Of a stretch of DNA of 64,000 bases, positions 59,184-64,000 are shown piece after piece. Position 1 is the first letter of the stretch. The number at the start of each line of letters is the position of its first letter. The stretch covers positions 83,948,001-84,012,000 of the forward strand of contig NC_043005.1 of assembly GCF_006345805.1 (NCBI RefSeq), given 5' to 3'. Under the pieces are notes generated by a model. That model was not told the DNA's origin. It ran no database searches and was given only the letters and a program-made list of their open reading frames with translations. The DNA is from Octopus sinensis. Its lineage: Eukaryota. The position numbers and the translations under genes were made by a program.

Positions 59184-62100
59184 TCTTTTTTATTGGCCAC
59201 AAGGGCTGACACGCATGATTACATAAAGGGTCAAGACAGGACGAAAGGTTACAAAGGGTTTTGCCGTTTTTTTTAAAAAACATCGAGTAAAAATCTTTAT
59301 AACAACTTATAAAATTCAACAATGAAAAACTCCCAAAAGGGGGAGACGTCTCGAAAGGTTCCTGGTGGAAAAAACCCTACAAAAGCCAACGGGAGCCTGG
59401 TCTAAAAAGGGGGTGTAGAGAGTCCCCTTTCTTCTCCTTTTGTATTACCTTTTTGAAATCACAGGCGAAACCTGAGAACTGGTCCATTTATACAGGCCAG
59501 TCTCGCACAATTCACCCACCTTTCATAAAACTTGCTATCGGACAGCACTTTCCTCTCTAACCTCATCTTCCTTTTCAAGTGAAACTTGAAAAAGTTGATG
59601 AGGCCTTGACCAAAGAGGAAAGTGTCTGACTTTAGCCCTTTCAAACGAGTCCACCACACGACTTCTTTCGCCACAGCCACAAGGCACAAGAAAACGGCCT
59701 CGCCCTCCTTGTTAAAGGAGGTCGGCGGGGCAATCTTCACTATGGATTCGGCCGATAGTCGGATCCGTCCTACACGTGACAGTAGCTGTTCGACATAAAC
59801 CCATATTTCAGCAATACTCGGGCACTGGACGAGTGCGTGCAGAACGGTTTCGTCGTCCTGGCAACACCTCGGGCAGGCCCGGCTGACTGCACTTCCGTGC
59901 CGGTAGAGTTTATCTCGAACAGGCAGAGCCCCTCGGTAGCACTGCCAGGCGAGAGACCTCTGGAAATTATCCATCGGCCCCGGCCCGAAAGTCCTCCCGA
60001 ACAGACCGCTCAGTTCGTCGTCTTCAACGCCTAGAGTTTCCCCGAGAACGTCGTCGCATTTTTCCTCCACTAACCCTCTATAGAACGCTAGAGTGGAGCT
60101 GTAACCGACCGCATTGCCCGCCTGGTGGAGGGCGGAGAGGGCTTGACGGCACTCGAGGTGCCAAGCGCCCTTTCTCGGTCTACGTTTGATCCAGGTCTGC
60201 AGCTCCGTCAAAGAGACGAGCTGCGGAAAATCGCGTCTGACAAAAGACGACCACACCTGTTCACCGTCTAGGAAGCGCTTGAGATGCCGCAGCCTGAGCG
60301 CATGTCTGCGCAACAGCAACCACGGCATTCCAAGGCCTCCGTTCAGCGGTCGTTGACAGCAGATGGATCGCCTGACCAGTGGCACCTGACCCTTCCACAA
60401 AAAGTCGAAGAGCAGGCGTACCAGCTTGGCCAACCAGCGGTCGGGACAAGGGACGACGGTCAAGCGGTAAAAGATGACGGATGCGATGTACGCATTCGCC
60501 ACCTCCGCTCGACCTTTCAGGGACAGCTTCCTCTCGGCCCATTTCTGGGTGAGACGTGCCACCCTGCTCGTCACCTCTTCCCAGTTCTTATCCACCTGGA
60601 GGTCCGGACCGAACCAGACCCCGAGCAGCTTAACGGGTCCGTCTGTCCAGCGCCCTACGACGCTGTTGGACGGCATGGGCTTGCCTCTCCAGGTGCCCAG
60701 TTGCAAGCCCACAGACTTTTCCGCGTTAATCTTTGCCCCTGTCACCGCTTCGTACTGGTTTAGCGTCTCGCCAATCAGGCCAATGTGCCTGTGGCTCGAC
60801 ACCACCACGGTGACGTCGTCGGCATAAGCAGACACGCTGTTTCCGCCTCCTAGATCGCGCGGGATGCCCCTCAAAGCCTCCAACTTGCGCAGTAATGGCT
60901 CGAGAGTCAAAATGTACAAGAGGGAGGAGAGAGGGCATCCTTGGCGGACCGAACGCGAGATGTCGAACGGTTCCGAAAGGTGACCGTTCACCCGTATCAC
61001 CGAGCAGATGTTGCTGTATAAAGCAGCGATCCACCCGCGGAAGACTGGACCGAAGCCGGCTGCCTTGAGGACAGCTGCCAGGTACCGATGGTCGACCCTA
61101 TCGAAGGCTTTACTCTGATCCAAGTTGATCAAAGCCCCACCCGCGCCAGCGTCGTTACCCACCCTCTCTATGATGTAGCGCATGAGATGGAGGTTGTCGT
61201 GTATCGACCTGGTCGGCACGGCGCATGTCTGCGTCCCGCCGACCAGCTTGTCCACGACAAGCGCCAATCTCTTGGCTAGCACCTTGGCCAAAATCTTCAA
61301 CTCTGCATTGAGCAGAGTGATGGGCCGGAAATTCCCTATAACGTCCCCCTTGTTTGGGTCCTTCTTTAGCAAAGCCACCACCCCTCGACAGACAAAAGCA
61401 GGAATTCTCCCGTTTTGCTGCCAGTTGCAGTAGACGTTTGCCAACAGGTCCGCAAACAAGTCTGGCATTGAAAAGTAAAGCTCGTAGGGCAGACCATCCA
61501 AACCCGGCGATCTACCTCTCGTGCAACTCTTCATCGCTTCCTGTACTTCCCAGGCAGATATCGGTCCTTCGCAGCACTCTGCCTCGCTGTCCGAGAGTTG
61601 CGGCAGTCCGTCCAGGTACACACCGAAGTCTGTACCGTTGGTGTCCGTTCCACCGCTCGTCCCAAACAGTTGAGCAAAGCGCCGCTGAAGCACCGTACAC
61701 ATCTGCTTCGGTTGGGTAACCTCGCGCCCGTTCTGGTCCACCAAAGACCGAATGGTTGCTCTGTTGCCTCGCTTCGCCTCCGCCACGCGGGCCCATCGAG
61801 CGGCTCTAGTCCCCTCCCCGCTTAGCGAACGTGCCTTAGCTCTGACAACGCAGCCTTCGTGTTTGGCGTCGAAGTGTTGGTCGAGGGCCAACCTTGCCGC
61901 CAACACGTCGGTCGCGATGCCAGTGTCAAGAGCCTCGTCTAGTTTCTTAACTAAATCCCGCTCTCTCTTCCTACGTTCAATAGCTAGAGTCTTACTATAC
62001 CTAATCGACTCTACTCTAATTGCTCTCTTGAGGGCAAACCACCAGTTGTTGTTGATGATTGCCCCCGTGAGCGCCCGCTTAACTAGTAAACTAATCCGGT

Positions 62101-62785
62101 CTCTGTAAGCTTTGCACGCCGTTAACGACGCGTTCAGCTTCCAGTAGCCGGGTCCCTGTCTATGTAGCCTATCTAAGTCGACCGTACAGATCACTAATTT
62201 GTGGTCCGTATATTCGACTAGGTGGAATTGTGGACACCCTACGCTGTCCTTATCCGCTGGCCTACAAAACACTCTATCTAAGTACGATCTAGACGACCCG
62301 ATGCGGTTTGTCCAAGTCCACATTGGCACATTCGGGTTGTCTAGTCGAAACCTGTCGGACAGCTGAAAGCGGCCGAGTAGGTTGGCGAGGCTCTTGCACC
62401 CTCCCCCTCTCCTATCAGACGCTCCCCTGCCCACCCGATCGAAACGTTCGTCTAAGACAGCGTTCCAATCCCCAACTAGTACTAGAGTGCGTGACGTTCC
62501 CAGGAAAACTTCCAGACGTTTGAAATAATCCGACTGCCCTGCTCCTGTCGGAGCGTAGGCAGCCAGCAGTCTGAAAGCACCGCCGTCACTACCGTCCACG
62601 TCGAGGACTACCAACTTACCTTCCGGATCCAAGAAGACTGTCCTTATTTTCAGGTCCAGGCCCTTCCGAAACAACACCGCAGTACCACCACCGCCCGCTC
62701 CCGGCCGACACGGAGATAGAAATATCTCGTATCCGCCGAAAAGGGCTGCGAGTTCCTGCGGGTCGGAGAGCCTGGTTTCCCTAAT
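59184..62785 (-). mobile_element. Tx1/L1-clade non-LTR retrotransposon, 5'-truncated, young copy
   Basis: Much more GC-rich than the flanks; uninterrupted ORF2; 3' UTR ends in AATAAA + aaaagaa at ~59184-59194; no ORF1. Confidence 0.9.
59459..62677 (-). CDS. LINE ORF2: APE endonuclease (N-terminus missing) + reverse transcriptase + C-terminal CCHC zinc knuckle
   Basis: 1072 aa with GDWNAVL, SYLDRVF, YTDH (APE); SPGLDGLP, FRPITLLNAELKIL, DQSKAFDRV, VRQGCPLS, AYADDV (RT); CPRCCQDDETVLHALVQC. The frame stays open upstream to 62797 (IRETRL motif) with no ATG. Confidence 0.92.
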   Translation of the reverse strand: MLFRKGLDLKIRTVFLDPEGKLVVLDVDGSDGGAFRLLAAYAPTGAGQSDYFKRLEVFLGTSRTLVLVGDWNAVLDERFDRVGRGASDRRGGGCKSLANLLGRFQLSDRFRLDNPNVPMWTWTNRIGSSRSYLDRVFCRPADKDSVGCPQFHLVEYTDHKLVICTVDLDRLHRQGPGYWKLNASLTACKAYRDRISLLVKRALTGAIINNNWWFALKRAIRVESIRYSKTLAIERRKRERDLVKKLDEALDTGIATDVLAARLALDQHFDAKHEGCVVRAKARSLSGEGTRAARWARVAEAKRGNRATIRSLVDQNGREVTQPKQMCTVLQRRFAQLFGTSGGTDTNGTDFGVYLDGLPQLSDSEAECCEGPISAWEVQEAMKSCTRGRSPGLDGLPYELYFSMPDLFADLLANVYCNWQQNGRIPAFVCRGVVALLKKDPNKGDVIGNFRPITLLNAELKILAKVLAKRLALVVDKLVGGTQTCAVPTRSIHDNLHLMRYIIERVGNDAGAGGALINLDQSKAFDRVDHRYLAAVLKAAGFGPVFRGWIAALYSNICSVIRVNGHLSEPFDISRSVRQGCPLSSLLYILTLEPLLRKLEALRGIPRDLGGGNSVSAYADDVTVVVSSHRHIGLIGETLNQYEAVTGAKINAEKSVGLQLGTWRGKPMPSNSVVGRWTDGPVKLLGVWFGPDLQVDKNWEEVTSRVARLTQKWAERKLSLKGRAEVANAYIASVIFYRLTVVPCPDRWLAKLVRLLFDFLWKGQVPLVRRSICCQRPLNGGLGMPWLLLRRHALRLRHLKRFLDGEQVWSSFVRRDFPQLVSLTELQTWIKRRPRKGAWHLECRQALSALHQAGNAVGYSSTLAFYRGLVEEKCDDVLGETLGVEDDELSGLFGRTFGPGPMDNFQRSLAWQCYRGALPVRDKLYRHGSAVSRACPRCCQDDETVLHALVQCPSIAEIWVYVEQLLSRVGRIRLSAESIVKIAPPTSFNKEGEAVFLCLVAVAKEVVWWTRLKGLKSDTFLFGQGLINFFKFHLKRKMRLERKVLSDSKFYERWVNCARLACINGPVLRFRL

Positions 62786-63095
62786 TGTGTACAGTGCTCA
62801 GGTGCACTACAACTCATCTAAAGTGTATATATAATCAGGTGTAGTTTCGGCGGATTTCGGAAAGCATGAGGGCCTTAAAAGATGCAGTGTCATGGCAGTC
62901 AACAACTGACGCAGGCAGTTTATTCCATGCTTCAGCAACTCTGAGCGTGAAAAAATGTTTCCGAAAGTCATGGGAGCTGTATTGTTTTCTGACTTTGTAG
63001 GCATGTCCACGTGTGTTAGACACATGGAGATCAAAAAGGTGTTCAGTGTTGTTGTTGGTGTTTTCGAAATTGGTGATATGAACTTATAGGTACGC
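62785..63095 (-). mobile_element. CR1-clade LINE 3' fragment
   Basis: ORF 62835..63023 SNTRGHAYKVRKQYSSHDFRKHFFTLRVAEAWNKLPASVV is the typical CR1 ORF2 C-terminus (TRGH...FF..RV...WN.LP), followed by a short 3' UTR ending gcacctgagcactgtacacaatt. Confidence 0.85.
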
Positions 63096-64000
63096 TAGTA
63101 CCAGAATTGTTACATTGTCGGTCAGAATGCTGTGTGATAACCGTTCCGGTTATCTCCACTCTGAGTTCAAATCCCACCGCGGTCAATTTTGTCTGTGCAC
63201 CCTTTCGGGGTCGATAAACTAACTATCTACAATGAGGGGTGGTTCTTTCTCTCTCTGATAGTCTTTGTTCCTGGAAGGTCAGACTTGGAGGATAGATTCC
63301 GCTAGGTCTAAAAAAAAAAAAAGCAAACGAAAGAAAAGAAACCCAAAACAAAACCCAAGCCACGCCATAAATCGGGTCGACACCCCGCCTACGTCACCAT
63401 CAAGGCATTGAATGCCCAAAGAATGGTGGTAATAAGAACTTATGTGAGCTCATTGACTATTCCCTTCCACGCAAATTGCTGGCCTTATGCCAGGCAGAAT
63501 CGTTAGCGTGTCGTACAAAATGCTCAGCGGCATTTCGGCCGTCTTATGAGTTTAATTCTGCCGAGATCGACTTTGCCTTTCATTTTTTCGAGGGCGATAA
63601 AAAAAGGACCAGTTGAATATCGGAATCAATGAAAGCAACTTAACCCTTCCCCTAAAATTGCTGGCCGCCGCCTTCTTATCATTATTATTATTCCATGTTT
63701 TATTGTTGATGTCTTAGAAATCGATAGAGGTGATTTCCTTGGTGCCAGCTTTGCCAACCGTAAAATCAGCGAAGCAAGTCGAATAAAACAGGGTTCGTTC
63801 CGCTACTTGAACACGCTCGAATTTATTTATTTATTCAGATTGACATTTAATTATTATTAATTGACGAAGCATTCAATAAACAAATAAATAAAGCGTGGAA
63901 TGGGAAAAGCTAAATCAAACAAGATAAAGAAAAAAATAAAATATAATGCTGCCTTGTGGAAGACAACACAAAAGACAGAATGGAGACATTATCGCAAAAA

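Noticed and set aside
59837-62523. Plus-strand and alternate-frame ORFs over the Tx1 element
   Set aside because: Shadow ORFs of a GC-rich coding sequence; no motifs.

Overview
AT-rich, microsatellite-dense animal genomic DNA. The SINE/LINE families and the (TA)n/(TG)n/(CAT)n landscape look like an octopus (coleoid cephalopod) genome; this is inferred from the repeats, not demonstrated. One host gene is clearly supported: a single-coding-exon heparan sulfate 3-O-sulfotransferase (HS3ST1/5-like, 41843..42880, minus strand) in which two normally conserved substrate-binding residues are replaced. Almost everything else is mobile DNA: a young, uninterrupted but 5'-truncated Tx1/L1-clade LINE ORF2 nested in the tail of a CR1 fragment; a decayed Penelope-like element (RT + GIY-YIG); decayed mariner, Tc1 and maT transposons; non-autonomous Helitrons; piggyBac-type and fold-back MITEs; many 3' ends of one RTE LINE; and several tRNA-derived SINE families. 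The most striking signal not explained by the ORF track is RNA structure. At least a dozen minimal type-I hammerhead-ribozyme motifs from several unrelated sequence families are present, often at the fold-back point of inverted repeats and in one family behind a tRNA-like Pol III head. There is also a perfect 164-bp-arm palindrome upstream of the HS3ST exon and a tandemly repeated candidate H-type pseudoknot in the RTE 3' UTR. All calls were made by eye; repeat boundaries are approximate (often +/-10-20 nt).
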